From Candidatus Micrarchaeota archaeon (GTDB lineage: Archaea > Micrarchaeota > Micrarchaeia > Anstonellales > J096), in the NCBI GenBank assembly GCA_026982895.1, contig JALWQW010000003.1, positions 10,063 through 74,062 on the forward strand: a DNA stretch of 64,000 nt, given 5' to 3'. Below the pieces are notes generated by a model that was given only the letters and a program-made list of their open reading frames with translations, was not told the DNA's origin and did not search any database. Of this stretch, positions 1-9,203 are shown piece by piece. Both the position numbers and the translations under genes were made by a program. The stretch's first letter is position 1, and each line of letters starts with the position of its first letter.

Positions 1-1
1 A

Positions 2-1063
2 ATTCCTTCACAAGAGGCTGTTGGGAGAGGCTCGTTTGCCCATTTTATGAGGAAAGAAATTGAAGAGCAGAAGTATTTCTATAAACGAGCAATGGCAGTT
101 GATTTGACAGACGTTAGGAACGCTATAAATGAGGCGAAGGCGGTATTCTTCGTTGCTGCTGGCACGAGTTACAATGCTGCCAAGTTTTTACAGCACCACA
201 TGTACAAAGAAAACTTCAAAAGGAACGTGTGGAAGCCTTTAATACTTAAATATGGTCATGAGTTTTATCCCGGCGATTGGGCTAATCTGGAGAAGAGTGT
301 ATTTATAACATTAAGCCAAAGTGGCGAAACTCTTGACATAATTAAACCCCTGAAGGAAGTAAAAGGCAAGGTAAAAATTATAAGCGTCGTCAATAGATTG
401 GCTTCTACATTGGCTGAGCTCTCAGATATCGTCGTGCCCATTGGTGTGGAAGTTGAAGTAGGTGTGGCAGCCACTAAGAGTTATCTTAATCAATTAATCC
501 TCGCATATAGGATAGCCGGTATAGATTTAGACGAGGCTGCTTTGGAGGAATCTATTCTAGAAGGTCTTGGTAAAGAGGCTGAAGCTATAAACACAGCTCA
601 GTCGTTGCCTTCACAAAAGCACATCTTTGTCTTGGGCAAGGGTGAATTGAAATACATAGCCTCTGAAATAAAGTTGAAGATGCAGGAATTAACTTATCTC
701 AGCTTGGAGAGCCTTGCCTCTGGCGAATTGAAGCATGGGCCATTGGCTACTATTGAGAGTGGAAGTAAGGTTATTGCGTTAATCCCTCGTGGTGAGAAGG
801 GAAAGGATAGTTTAGGTGAGGTCGTTAAAGCTTTGGCAAGAGGTGCTGATGTTATTGCTCTGACACCTATCGAGCTTGAGGATGAAGCCAAGAATATAAT
901 GAAAAAATATCCTAAAAACCTGCGAATTGTTTTATTCTCATCGAAGTATCTCCCAATAAGCTATGCAGTCTTTGGGCAGCTCTTAGCTTATCATACTGCG
1001 CTTAAACTGGGAAGAAATCCCGACAAGCCCCGCAACTTAGCAAAGAGCGTGACCGTTCGTTAA
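2..1063 (+). CDS. glmS: Glucosamine-fructose-6-phosphate aminotransferase, C-terminal SIS domains (5' end outside window)
   Basis: Frame open from position 2 (GSFAHFMRKEI, matching GlmS HFMxKEI). Motifs SQSGETLD, VAATKSY, ELKHGP and the C-terminal NPDKPRNLAKSVTV signature. Confidence 0.93.
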   Translation: MPSQEAVGRGSFAHFMRKEIEEQKYFYKRAMAVDLTDVRNAINEAKAVFFVAAGTSYNAAKFLQHHMYKENFKRNVWKPLILKYGHEFYPGDWANLEKSVFITLSQSGETLDIIKPLKEVKGKVKIISVVNRLASTLAELSDIVVPIGVEVEVGVAATKSYLNQLILAYRIAGIDLDEAALEESILEGLGKEAEAINTAQSLPSQKHIFVLGKGELKYIASEIKLKMQELTYLSLESLASGELKHGPLATIESGSKVIALIPRGEKGKDSLGEVVKALARGADVIALTPIELEDEAKNIMKKYPKNLRIVLFSSKYLPISYAVFGQLLAYHTALKLGRNPDKPRNLAKSVTVR

Positions 1064-1093
1064 ATATTTAAACCTTAAGTTCTCATTTTGGCT

Positions 1094-1945
1094 ATGGCAA
1101 AAGGACTCTCTTATGTTACACTAGATGATTGGAAGGTTGCGTTCAAGGCTCTTTTCTCTGTAGATATGCTGTTTGTTGCTATTAAAATGGGAGCTGCGTA
1201 TATTATACCTTTTTTGTTGCTATTAGCTATGCTTATACCAAATCTTTCGCTGATTGCAGAGCTAACTTTGGCTCTCTTATCTTTTGCTACATTCATTCTT
1301 GCAGCAGGCATTTCAGATACTATTTTTTACAAAGCAGTCGATAAAAAAATGCAGATTTTAAATGAAGAACCTCCTTTTTGGCAGACTGTTAAAAGGCTAT
1401 CTTTGAATGTGCTTGCGGTAATCCTTTTACTTGGCTTTTTGACATTTATTTTATCCCTTCTCATAGGCTTTTCCTCTGTAGTTGTTAGGTTTGTTTGTGC
1501 CTCTGTGATATTGGTTATTTTATTGTACCCACTCTATCTTTATTATGTTACATCTCTTTTAAATTTCTCTTCTGTTGTTGTTTATGCCAACCCCGATAAA
1601 GGTGTTTTAACCCTGCTCTCAAATGTGGTAAAGTGGCCCTTTGAGAAGGATAAAGTGATACACATGATAAGCCTTGGTTTGGAGATGATACCTCTAGGTT
1701 TTGTTATTGGGTTTATAGCATATGCTCTGTATATGCTGTTCATTTTTGGGTTGATTTTTGGCATCACTACCATTGCTCATTCACCAAATGGCGGAATAAA
1801 TCCCACTACTATGGGTATTGGTGCTATTGTAACAGCTTTCATATTGCTTGCCATAGAAGGTTTTATGATGTTTATTTTCCTAGCTGTATTTAGAACTGTA
1901 AACATCGCAGCCATGAAGAGAAAAGGCATGCTGAAGCTTCAATAG
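1094..1945 (+). CDS. Multi-pass membrane protein, unknown function
   Basis: About six hydrophobic segments; TTTAAA box upstream; ATG at 1094 preferred over TTG at 1088. Confidence 0.75.
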   Translation: MAKGLSYVTLDDWKVAFKALFSVDMLFVAIKMGAAYIIPFLLLLAMLIPNLSLIAELTLALLSFATFILAAGISDTIFYKAVDKKMQILNEEPPFWQTVKRLSLNVLAVILLLGFLTFILSLLIGFSSVVVRFVCASVILVILLYPLYLYYVTSLLNFSSVVVYANPDKGVLTLLSNVVKWPFEKDKVIHMISLGLEMIPLGFVIGFIAYALYMLFIFGLIFGITTIAHSPNGGINPTTMGIGAIVTAFILLAIEGFMMFIFLAVFRTVNIAAMKRKGMLKLQ

Positions 1946-1976
1946 TATTTTATAGCCTTTTGCTCATAGAGTAGGG

Positions 1977-2954
1977 ATGCGAGCAATGGAGCGGTTGGAA
2001 TGTTTATACATCATGCGCGAATTGGAGAAAGGGCTTGGACAGAGATTTAGAAAGGCTTACACTCTAAAAGATGGTGCAGTAAAACTGAAGCTGGATAAAT
2101 TTACCTATCTGATTAAAGCAGGCGAGTTTGTTGTGGCTGGCGGGGATGAATTTAACGACTATAAAGACAGTGGATTTACTCAAAAGCTCAGAAAGGAGCT
2201 GAATAGGCGCATTTTGAAGAAGGTTGAGATGGTTAAAGGTGATAGGCTTTTTGCCTTTCATTTCGACGATGCCACTTTATATGTCCAAGTTTTTGGCAAA
2301 GGAGGGCTTTCTCTTTATAGGAGAGATGAAGAATTGCTGAGCTCTGGCCGAAATCTACAAGCAGAAGATAGCACCATTTCGTCTCTCATAGAACATTATC
2401 CTTCGAAACCGCTTGGCGCTGTTCTAGTCAAGGCGATGGGCAAGAAGTATGCAAAAGCCTTTTTGGACAAACACACGGATTTTATCGAAAAGGAGGAGGC
2501 TGGCAAATATGTTGAGAAAGCCGAAGCCATAGAGGCTTTTATAGAGGAGGAGCTCGAATCTGCTCGACCACATGTCATTGAAAAAGATGGAAAGGCAAAA
2601 GATTATTCTCTACTTAACGAAGGCAAAGAAGTCGATGCTTTAAGCACCGCTATTGTCGAAGTTTATAAGGCCGAGAGACAATATGCCGGCGAGAAGCCTG
2701 AGATGGTAAAGAAGCGTAGAGTCATAGAGGTGCAGAAGGAGAAGATGAATGAATATCTGCTAAATGCTGACAAATATAATCAAATTGGTAAGTGGATTTT
2801 CGAGCGTAGCTCTGATATTGGTAGGCTTTTGACAGAAGTGGGGCAAAGAGCTGTTAAAAGGAATGATGAGGTTAAGATAGGGGACACTCTCTATCAAATA
2901 TTAGACATAAATGAAAAAGATAAAAAAGTGAGACTAAAAAAAGCTGAAAATTAA
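1977..2954 (+). CDS. NFACT/Rqc2 (RqcH, FbpA-like), N-terminal half
   Basis: NFACT-N pattern FTQKLRKEL...GDRLFAFHF...LYVQVFGKG, followed by helical and coiled-coil segments; no NFACT-R domain. Confidence 0.72.
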   Translation: MRAMERLECLYIMRELEKGLGQRFRKAYTLKDGAVKLKLDKFTYLIKAGEFVVAGGDEFNDYKDSGFTQKLRKELNRRILKKVEMVKGDRLFAFHFDDATLYVQVFGKGGLSLYRRDEELLSSGRNLQAEDSTISSLIEHYPSKPLGAVLVKAMGKKYAKAFLDKHTDFIEKEEAGKYVEKAEAIEAFIEEELESARPHVIEKDGKAKDYSLLNEGKEVDALSTAIVEVYKAERQYAGEKPEMVKKRRVIEVQKEKMNEYLLNADKYNQIGKWIFERSSDIGRLLTEVGQRAVKRNDEVKIGDTLYQILDINEKDKKVRLKKAEN

Positions 2955-3358
2955 GCAGTTTCGCTGTTTATGAGGTAGGGCTCGAGTAGTTTTGTGCCCT
3001 TCCTTTTCTTGTCGACTGTCAAAGCCACGACAGTTTCTTTCCCATCCCTGCTTACTACGAAGAGGGAAGTTATATTTACGCCCTCTTTAGCGAGCATCTG
3101 TGTTATCTTTGACAGCTCGCCAGGTTTATCGGGCAATTTAATCATGAGCGTATCCTCTTCCAATATGTTGAAGCCATTCCTTTTCAATATCTCTGTAGCT
3201 TTCTTTGTATCCTTCACAGTCAATACTATAATGGCTTTTCCACCTACTGCTGCAGCTGATATATTCTCTATATTTATCTTTTCTTTACCCATTATGTAGC
3301 TTATATCCATTAGTAAGCCCACTCTGTCATCTTCCACTATTGTTAAGGTTTTTGCCAT
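2951..3358 (-). CDS. Tandem ACT-domain protein
   Basis: Two ACT repeats: EDDRVGLLMDIS...NIENIS and PDKPGELSKIT...GVNITS. Confidence 0.85.
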   Translation of the reverse strand: MAKTLTIVEDDRVGLLMDISYIMGKEKINIENISAAAVGGKAIIVLTVKDTKKATEILKRNGFNILEEDTLMIKLPDKPGELSKITQMLAKEGVNITSLFVVSRDGKETVVALTVDKKRKGTKLLEPYLINSETA

Positions 3359-3508
3359 GCTCTCCTATTGTGGGATTAGCTTTTTAAAAGTGCGGGATGT
3401 GCTGTTGATTAAAATAGTAGGTATAGTTGGAATTATGGTGTATCTTCACAGTGCTCAACCAGCTCGCTCAACCTAAATGTTTAAAAATATAATAATCAAA
3501 GCTCCTCT

Positions 3509-4108
3509 ATGCTGTTGAAAGAACTCTATTCTTTTGGACTGCCTGTGGCGCCCTATAAAATAGTAAAAGACTTTGATGAAGCCCGTAGCGTTGCTAAGGG
3601 TTTTAAGTATCCTGTCGTTATGAAGCTCGCCTCAGATACGATACACAAGACAGATGTGGGTGGTGTTGTTATTGATATTTATAGTGATGAGATGCTTAAA
3701 ACGACTTGGCAGTATTTTAAGAAGAAATTTGGCGATGAGCCTGTTTTAATTCAAAAGCAGATAAAGAAAGGCATTGAATTGTATATAGGTGTTAAAAAAG
3801 ACCCAAGCTTTGGCAGGATTATCCTATTTGGTTTAGGTGGTGTCTATGTCGAGGTTTTCAAGGACATCTCCGCTAGGATTTGCCCTATAACTGATAAAGA
3901 TGTCGACAGCATGATAAATGATTTGAAGGCAAAGAAGGTGCTGTTGGGTTATAGAGGGAAGAGCATTAACCTGAACCTGCTTAAAAGAGTTTTAGTAGCT
4001 ATATGTGCTTTTGCTGAGAAAAATAAGGTTAAGGAAATGGACATAAATCCCTTTAAGATAGGGCCTAAAGATGGCTACATCCTTGATGCAAGGGTGGTGA
4101 AAGAATGA
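3509..4108 (+). CDS. acdB: Acetate/acyl-CoA ligase (ADP-forming) beta subunit, ATP-grasp
   Basis: YPVVMK, HKTDVGGV, DPSFG, FGLGGVYVEVFKD, EMDINP; overlaps the alpha subunit gene (ATGA). Confidence 0.92.
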   Translation: MLLKELYSFGLPVAPYKIVKDFDEARSVAKGFKYPVVMKLASDTIHKTDVGGVVIDIYSDEMLKTTWQYFKKKFGDEPVLIQKQIKKGIELYIGVKKDPSFGRIILFGLGGVYVEVFKDISARICPITDKDVDSMINDLKAKKVLLGYRGKSINLNLLKRVLVAICAFAEKNKVKEMDINPFKIGPKDGYILDARVVKE

Positions 4109-5463
4109 CATTGGCGAAATTTCTAAACCCAAAGAGCATAGCCGTAGTCGGCGTATCGAATAACCCTGCGAAGATAGGTGCTGTTATATATTTAAACCTC
4201 ATAAAAGGCGGTTTTAGCGGCGATGTTTTTGCTGTAAATCCTAATCACAAAGAAGTTTTTGGAAACAAGTGCTATCGCTCTGTCGGCTCTATTCCAAAAG
4301 AAATTGATTTAGTCGTCGTCGCTACACCAGCTCCAACCGTGCCTTCCATTCTGAAAGACGCTAAGAAGAAGGGGGTAAAGCATGCCATAGTTATAAGTGG
4401 CGGTTTCGGCGAATCCGGAAGGACTGATTTAGAGGATGAATTCAAGAAAGTGGCTAAGGACATGCATGTTATAGGGCCTAATTGTCTAGGGGTTTATTCT
4501 GCTAAATCTCGAGTTGATACACTCTTTTTCCCTCATTATAAACTGGAGAGGCCTGCCTATGGTAAAGTTGGTATTATAAGTCAGAGTGGTGGTGTAGGGA
4601 GTTCATTCTTAGCTTTAGCGTCGAGGACTGGGTTGGGTATACACAGCTTCTTTTCATATGGTAATGCTTACAATATGGATGAAAGCGACATAATAAGGGA
4701 ATATGCAAACATAAAGGATGTTGAGGTGATTCTCTCCTATGTAGAAGGTGTCAAGGACGGCAAAAAGTTCCTCTCAGCTCTAGACTATGCTGCTGCTAAA
4801 AAGCCCATAATTGTCCTTAAAGCTGGAAAGGAAGGTAGAGCCAAAAAAGCGGCTCACACGCACACAGGAGCGTTGGCAGGTGATTATATTGCGTATAAGG
4901 CTGCATTCAAAAAAGCAGGAATTCTTGAAGCATATAGCCTGGAAGAAATGTTTGATTTTGCCAAAATATTTTCTCAACCCCTTCCAAAAGGCAATCGCAT
5001 AGGCATAATAACGAATGGAGGTGGTTTCGGCGTTATGGCTACAGATGAGGCAATAAAGCTTGGTTTGGAGGTTCCTCCTCTAACTGAAGCTGAGAAAAAA
5101 GCCGCTAAGAAGAGATTTCCTGCATATGTTACGCCCGCTAATCCTTTTGATGTCGTGGCTGACGCTGATGTTGAGCGTTATAGGGTGGCGTTGGAAACAA
5201 TGCTCAATTCTAAGAGTGTAGATATGGTATTAGTCAATGTCCTCTTCCAGCCTCCGGCTATAAATTCTTCTCTCGTCGAAGAGCTTACGAAATATGTGGG
5301 CAAAAAGCCCATAGCGATAGCTGTGCCTGGTGGGAATGTTGAAGAGGGTTTAAGGAGGATGCTCACTATAAGCGGTCTGCCTGCTTATCCCTATCCTGAA
5401 AGAGGTGTTAGGGCTCTTCACGCGCTTTATACATATTCAAAGATGAAGAATCAAAAGAGTTAG
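4105..5463 (+). CDS. acdA: Acetate/acyl-CoA ligase (ADP-forming) alpha subunit
   Basis: PKSIAVVG, GPNCLG, ISQSGG, phospho-His HTG motif, TNGGG.GV, NPFD. Confidence 0.93.
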   Translation: MTLAKFLNPKSIAVVGVSNNPAKIGAVIYLNLIKGGFSGDVFAVNPNHKEVFGNKCYRSVGSIPKEIDLVVVATPAPTVPSILKDAKKKGVKHAIVISGGFGESGRTDLEDEFKKVAKDMHVIGPNCLGVYSAKSRVDTLFFPHYKLERPAYGKVGIISQSGGVGSSFLALASRTGLGIHSFFSYGNAYNMDESDIIREYANIKDVEVILSYVEGVKDGKKFLSALDYAAAKKPIIVLKAGKEGRAKKAAHTHTGALAGDYIAYKAAFKKAGILEAYSLEEMFDFAKIFSQPLPKGNRIGIITNGGGFGVMATDEAIKLGLEVPPLTEAEKKAAKKRFPAYVTPANPFDVVADADVERYRVALETMLNSKSVDMVLVNVLFQPPAINSSLVEELTKYVGKKPIAIAVPGGNVEEGLRRMLTISGLPAYPYPERGVRALHALYTYSKMKNQKS

Positions 5464-5497
5464 GAATTGGACTATACCATATTATAACCATCTATGC

Positions 5498-6430
5498 TTA
5501 AACTCTGTAAGCGTCTTCAAAGACTTGTGGCAGTCGTTGTGGTGTCACAAGCCCAGCTTCAGTTATATATGATGTTATGTATTTAGCAGGCGTCATATCA
5601 AAGGCAGGGTTTAACACAGAAACACCTTTTGGAGGCTTATTCCATACTTCTTCTGGCGGGCGCTGCTCAATCCTCTCTTGGAAGCCGAATATACTCTGAG
5701 CATCGTACTTAAAGAGCTCCGCTGCCGAGTAGAACGGCACATTATACTCTTTTGCTACAATGGCGAGCGTGCGCGTGCCGATTTTGTTTATAAGGCTTCC
5801 ATCTGCTTGTATCGCATCTGCGCCTACAATGACTATATCGACATCTTCCATAAAAGAAGAGCTTGCTCCATCGACGATTGTTTTAACATTTACACCAGCC
5901 TCTGCCAATTCATTAGCAGTGATATGTCCTTGATAAAGAGGCCTCGTTTCACAGCTAAAAACTTCCTTTACTTTGCCCTTTTCGTGAGCCCTTTTTATCA
6001 GTGCTGTGGCTGTCGATGAATGGCAATAAGTCATTATAATGGCGTTATTTGGTATGACATTGCTTCCCACCTCTGCTAGTGCATTGAAACTCTCCTCCAT
6101 TTTTTTAAGATGTTCATCTATACTACCATCTAAAGCTTTCTTTATCTTCTCTACAGACGGTTGTTGAGCTAAAGTCACAACTCTCTGAAGAAGTTTGGAT
6201 AAAAGCTCTCTTGTCATAGGTTCTGTTGGCCTAGAATTCATCAAGCGAAAGGCTGCCAGACTTATCATCGACAAAAGTTCGTCGGCAGAATTGCCATCAT
6301 ACTCTTTTACGACTTCTTGGATACTTTTGAGCGCTTCTTTTGCTACATTGCGGGCTCCTTGTATTTTTATATTCTTTATGTCGTGGATTGTCTTTTCCAC
6401 GATGGGCGGCAAAGGAGGTTCGGCTACCAT
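5498..6430 (-). CDS. Ribose-1,5-bisphosphate isomerase (eIF-2B family)
   Basis: IQGA, RPT, TYCHSS (catalytic Cys position), ETRP..QG, VGADAI, NKIGT, NPAFDMTP. Confidence 0.85.
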   Translation of the reverse strand: MVAEPPLPPIVEKTIHDIKNIKIQGARNVAKEALKSIQEVVKEYDGNSADELLSMISLAAFRLMNSRPTEPMTRELLSKLLQRVVTLAQQPSVEKIKKALDGSIDEHLKKMEESFNALAEVGSNVIPNNAIIMTYCHSSTATALIKRAHEKGKVKEVFSCETRPLYQGHITANELAEAGVNVKTIVDGASSSFMEDVDIVIVGADAIQADGSLINKIGTRTLAIVAKEYNVPFYSAAELFKYDAQSIFGFQERIEQRPPEEVWNKPPKGVSVLNPAFDMTPAKYITSYITEAGLVTPQRLPQVFEDAYRV

Positions 6431-6511
6431 ATAAGTGATAAGTGAAAGGGGGTTTATAAATCTTTTTAGTGCAGTTATAATTTATTAAAATTTTGGTATA
6501 AAAAACACTAC

Positions 6512-7063
6512 ATGCTCTTAAAAAAGAAGTCCCTTTTGAAGAAATATGAGGAAAAATATGGCAAAAATCTCGTTAGAAAAGCATTCAACAAGTATAAACA
6601 ACTAGACAATGAGCATTTCTTAACAACACTCGTAAGCACATCTATAACTTTAGCACCTTCTTTGGCTACAGCCATAGCTTTGGTAGAGAGGGATTCTCCT
6701 TCTAATTCAGATGTAATGGTTGGGGTTGCTTTTGCTATTTTGGGCAGTAAAATTGCTCTTGATATAAGCCAAGAGTTTGAAAACATCCTCTTTCCAAAGG
6801 AGAAAATAGGCAGGTGGGCGCTTCTTAATAGGCTATTTGGAAGGAAGAGTAACAGCAGATATTTCTTTGAACAGTTAGCCGGTTTCACAGGCATTTGGAG
6901 CGGCTTTTTATTCATATTAACGCAACCCATGCTTGGCAGTTTATTGGCGTTGACTTCTACCACTATGTTTTTGTATTCTATCAAGGCGCGCATCTATGAT
7001 AAGGGTTTAGCGGACTTGAATGAAGATAAAGCCTTTGAGATGTTGAAGGACAATCTTTTATAA
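6512..7063 (+). CDS. Hypothetical membrane protein (paralogue of next gene)
   Basis: ORF with about four hydrophobic segments; aligns by eye with 7116-7655. Confidence 0.65.
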   Translation: MLLKKKSLLKKYEEKYGKNLVRKAFNKYKQLDNEHFLTTLVSTSITLAPSLATAIALVERDSPSNSDVMVGVAFAILGSKIALDISQEFENILFPKEKIGRWALLNRLFGRKSNSRYFFEQLAGFTGIWSGFLFILTQPMLGSLLALTSTTMFLYSIKARIYDKGLADLNEDKAFEMLKDNLL

Positions 7064-7115
7064 AAAGTTTGATAAATAGTTATATTATGTGTTTGTTAGC
7101 ATATATGGTGGTATA

Positions 7116-7655
7116 ATGAATCTCTTGAAAAAGGTGGAATCTAAAAAAGGCAAATCTTTTGTAAAGAAACTCCGTAAGCATTACACCACATTAGAAGAGC
7201 GCGCTTTGCTTGCCTACGCAGCCAAAGGAAGTATTGCAGGCGTAAGCACCTCCACATTGCTTAAACTCTTCATGGATAGAGATATTAATGGAGGAGAGGA
7301 TACTTTCTTAAATATATTAACTAACACAGTGATGGTAATAATATCTTTAGAACTTGCTCATACTGTTGGCGATGAGATGTTTGATGGACCTGAAAATAAG
7401 GTCACATGGCATGTTTTGGGGAAGGTCTTCGAGAAAGATTGGAAAGTGAAACTATGGAAGGCCATGGAGCGAATGGGTTTGTTTGGTTTTGTCATGAGCT
7501 CCTTCCTTCTTAATACAGATATTGTGCAGGCAGCCATTTTCTCTTCTGTCTCTTGGATGAGTTTCTTTTATGGAATGGAGCGACAAGGAGGGTATAATTT
7601 ACCAGATGATGATGTGCTAGAAATCATATCACAAACTGAGCTTGATGATGATTGA
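7116..7655 (+). CDS. Hypothetical membrane protein (paralogue of previous gene)
   Basis: ATG at 7116 after GGTGG; shares the N-terminal LLKKxExKxGKxxVxK pattern. Confidence 0.65.
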   Translation: MNLLKKVESKKGKSFVKKLRKHYTTLEERALLAYAAKGSIAGVSTSTLLKLFMDRDINGGEDTFLNILTNTVMVIISLELAHTVGDEMFDGPENKVTWHVLGKVFEKDWKVKLWKAMERMGLFGFVMSSFLLNTDIVQAAIFSSVSWMSFFYGMERQGGYNLPDDDVLEIISQTELDDD

Positions 7656-7665
7656 AGAAGCAAAC

Positions 7666-7673
7666 TTTTAAAT
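7666..7673 (+). promoter_or_regulatory. TATA box of tRNA-Thr
   Basis: TTTTAAAT about 24 nt upstream of the tRNA, preceded by a purine-rich BRE-like stretch. Confidence 0.55.
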
Positions 7674-7696
7674 CCTTCTTCACTTATCTCTCTTCA

Positions 7697-7768
7697 GCCT
7701 CCGTAGCTCAGCGGCAGAGCGACCGCCTCGTAAGCGGTAGGTCGAGGGTTCAAATCCCTCCGGAGGCT
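7697..7768 (+). tRNA. tRNA-Thr (anticodon CGT), no intron, CCA not encoded
   Basis: Cloverleaf: acceptor GCCTCCG/CGGAGGC, D stem GCTC/GAGC, anticodon arm ACCGC-CTCGTAA-GCGGT, T arm GAGGG-TTCAAAT-CCCTC. Confidence 0.97.
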
Positions 7769-7810
7769 TCAATACCTATGTTTATAAACTTTTTCACACA
7801 CAAATTAATC

Positions 7811-8539
7811 ATGGTTGCAGCGCGCTCTACTACCTTGTCTAGAGATAGGGTGTTGGATATAAATCCAACCATGAGGGCCTTTTTGGCAAGGAATAAAAGC
7901 GTCGTCGAGAAGAAGCGCTCTTTTTTGTCCAAAAGCCTATTCCACCAGCGCCGCATTTCTAGTTCGAAAAAACAAGAGCCGAATTTGCTTGTAATAACCT
8001 CAACTGACAGCCGCGTTCCTGTCGAGGAGATATTCGCAGCGTATCCTGGCGAGATGTCTGTTATAAGGCAGTTTGGTTTTGTTTTAGGTAGGGAGGGTCT
8101 TGCCTCTGTTTATTATAATCTAACACGCCGACCAATAGATACTGTTCTTGTAATGGGCTTATCTAAATGTTCTGCTTTGGAGTTCATATCTAATTTGTTA
8201 TTGAGCGAACATCCTATCCCCCGTTATTTACATCCCATTGCTGGGGGTATCACATCTTCAATAACGGAGTCTCGCATAAATCATGCTTATAAAGACGACT
8301 CAGATGTGCTCTTAGAGGCTGCCATGAGAAATGCTATTCGAGTAGCGTCAAGCGTTTATGAAGTCCTTACTCACATTCGGCTCAATGAAGGTGCTTTTTT
8401 GAAGGATAGGGATGTAAAAATCTATAATGGAGTATATTTCCCAGAGAGTGGCTATGTTCGCCTTTTTACAAATAACTTGTCCTTCGTTGATGAAAAAGGC
8501 AAGGAAATAGAGATTACTCCTAAGGGCCATATCATCTGA
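7811..8539 (+). CDS. Beta-carbonic anhydrase-like protein lacking two Zn ligands
   Basis: STDSRVPVEEIF..YPGE is near identical to the neighbour's, but CxDxR reads SxDxR and HxxC reads LxxC. The start must lie downstream of the tRNA. Confidence 0.78.
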   Translation: MVAARSTTLSRDRVLDINPTMRAFLARNKSVVEKKRSFLSKSLFHQRRISSSKKQEPNLLVITSTDSRVPVEEIFAAYPGEMSVIRQFGFVLGREGLASVYYNLTRRPIDTVLVMGLSKCSALEFISNLLLSEHPIPRYLHPIAGGITSSITESRINHAYKDDSDVLLEAAMRNAIRVASSVYEVLTHIRLNEGAFLKDRDVKIYNGVYFPESGYVRLFTNNLSFVDEKGKEIEITPKGHII

Positions 8540-8588
8540 CCTCTTTTTTTATAAACCCTCCGTCGTAATGGATTAGGGAGGTGTTGCT

Positions 8589-9203
8589 ATGGAAAGACGC
8601 AATCCAGATGAAGTGCTTAATGAATTTTTGGCGAGAAATAAAGCAGTCGTCGAGGCGCAGGCCAGCTTTGATTACAACAAATTTCATGAGAGCAGGCAGA
8701 AAACCTATGATGAAGGGCAAAAGCCGTCTTTGACTGTTATTGCATGTAGCGATAGCCGCGTTCCTGTCGAGGAGATATTCGTAGCCTATCCCGGCGAAAT
8801 ATTCGTGATAAGGACTGCAGGTAATGTTCTTGATGATATAGGAAAGGCTTCGTTAGAATATGCGCTCGACCATCTTCCAACATCCGTTGTTCTTGTTTTG
8901 GGACATACCAAATGTGGTGCTGTAACATCGACGGTTGAAGTATTTAAGAATGGTAAAATTTTGGAGGGTTCGCATCTCTATAGCTTAACGGAGAAGATTA
9001 GGCCCCTCGTTGTTGAAGCTATTGAGGAAGGAGCAAGCGATGAGAATCTTATAGATAAGGCCATAATCAAAAACGCTAAATCTGTTGTTAATGAGATATT
9101 GACTACCATGCCCATCGCTAAAAAATTGGTCGAGGAAGGGAAGGTTAAAATTCTCCCCGCCATGTACTACTTAGAGAGTGGAGAGGTGAAGCTTCTTGAC
9201 TGA
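8589..9203 (+). CDS. Beta-class carbonic anhydrase
   Basis: Intact IACSDSRVP, IRTAGN and GHTKCGA motifs; GGAGGTG SD. Confidence 0.93.
   Translation: MERRNPDEVLNEFLARNKAVVEAQASFDYNKFHESRQKTYDEGQKPSLTVIACSDSRVPVEEIFVAYPGEIFVIRTAGNVLDDIGKASLEYALDHLPTSVVLVLGHTKCGAVTSTVEVFKNGKILEGSHLYSLTEKIRPLVVEAIEEGASDENLIDKAIIKNAKSVVNEILTTMPIAKKLVEEGKVKILPAMYYLESGEVKLLD

Noticed and set aside
6512..7768. tRNA-Thr as the integration site of an island
   Set aside because: No integrase and no duplicated tRNA 3' end were noticed in the window.
7652..7810. 5' extension of the 7652-8539 ORF in the ORF track
   Set aside because: It runs through the tRNA-Thr gene; the real start is at or after ATG 7811.
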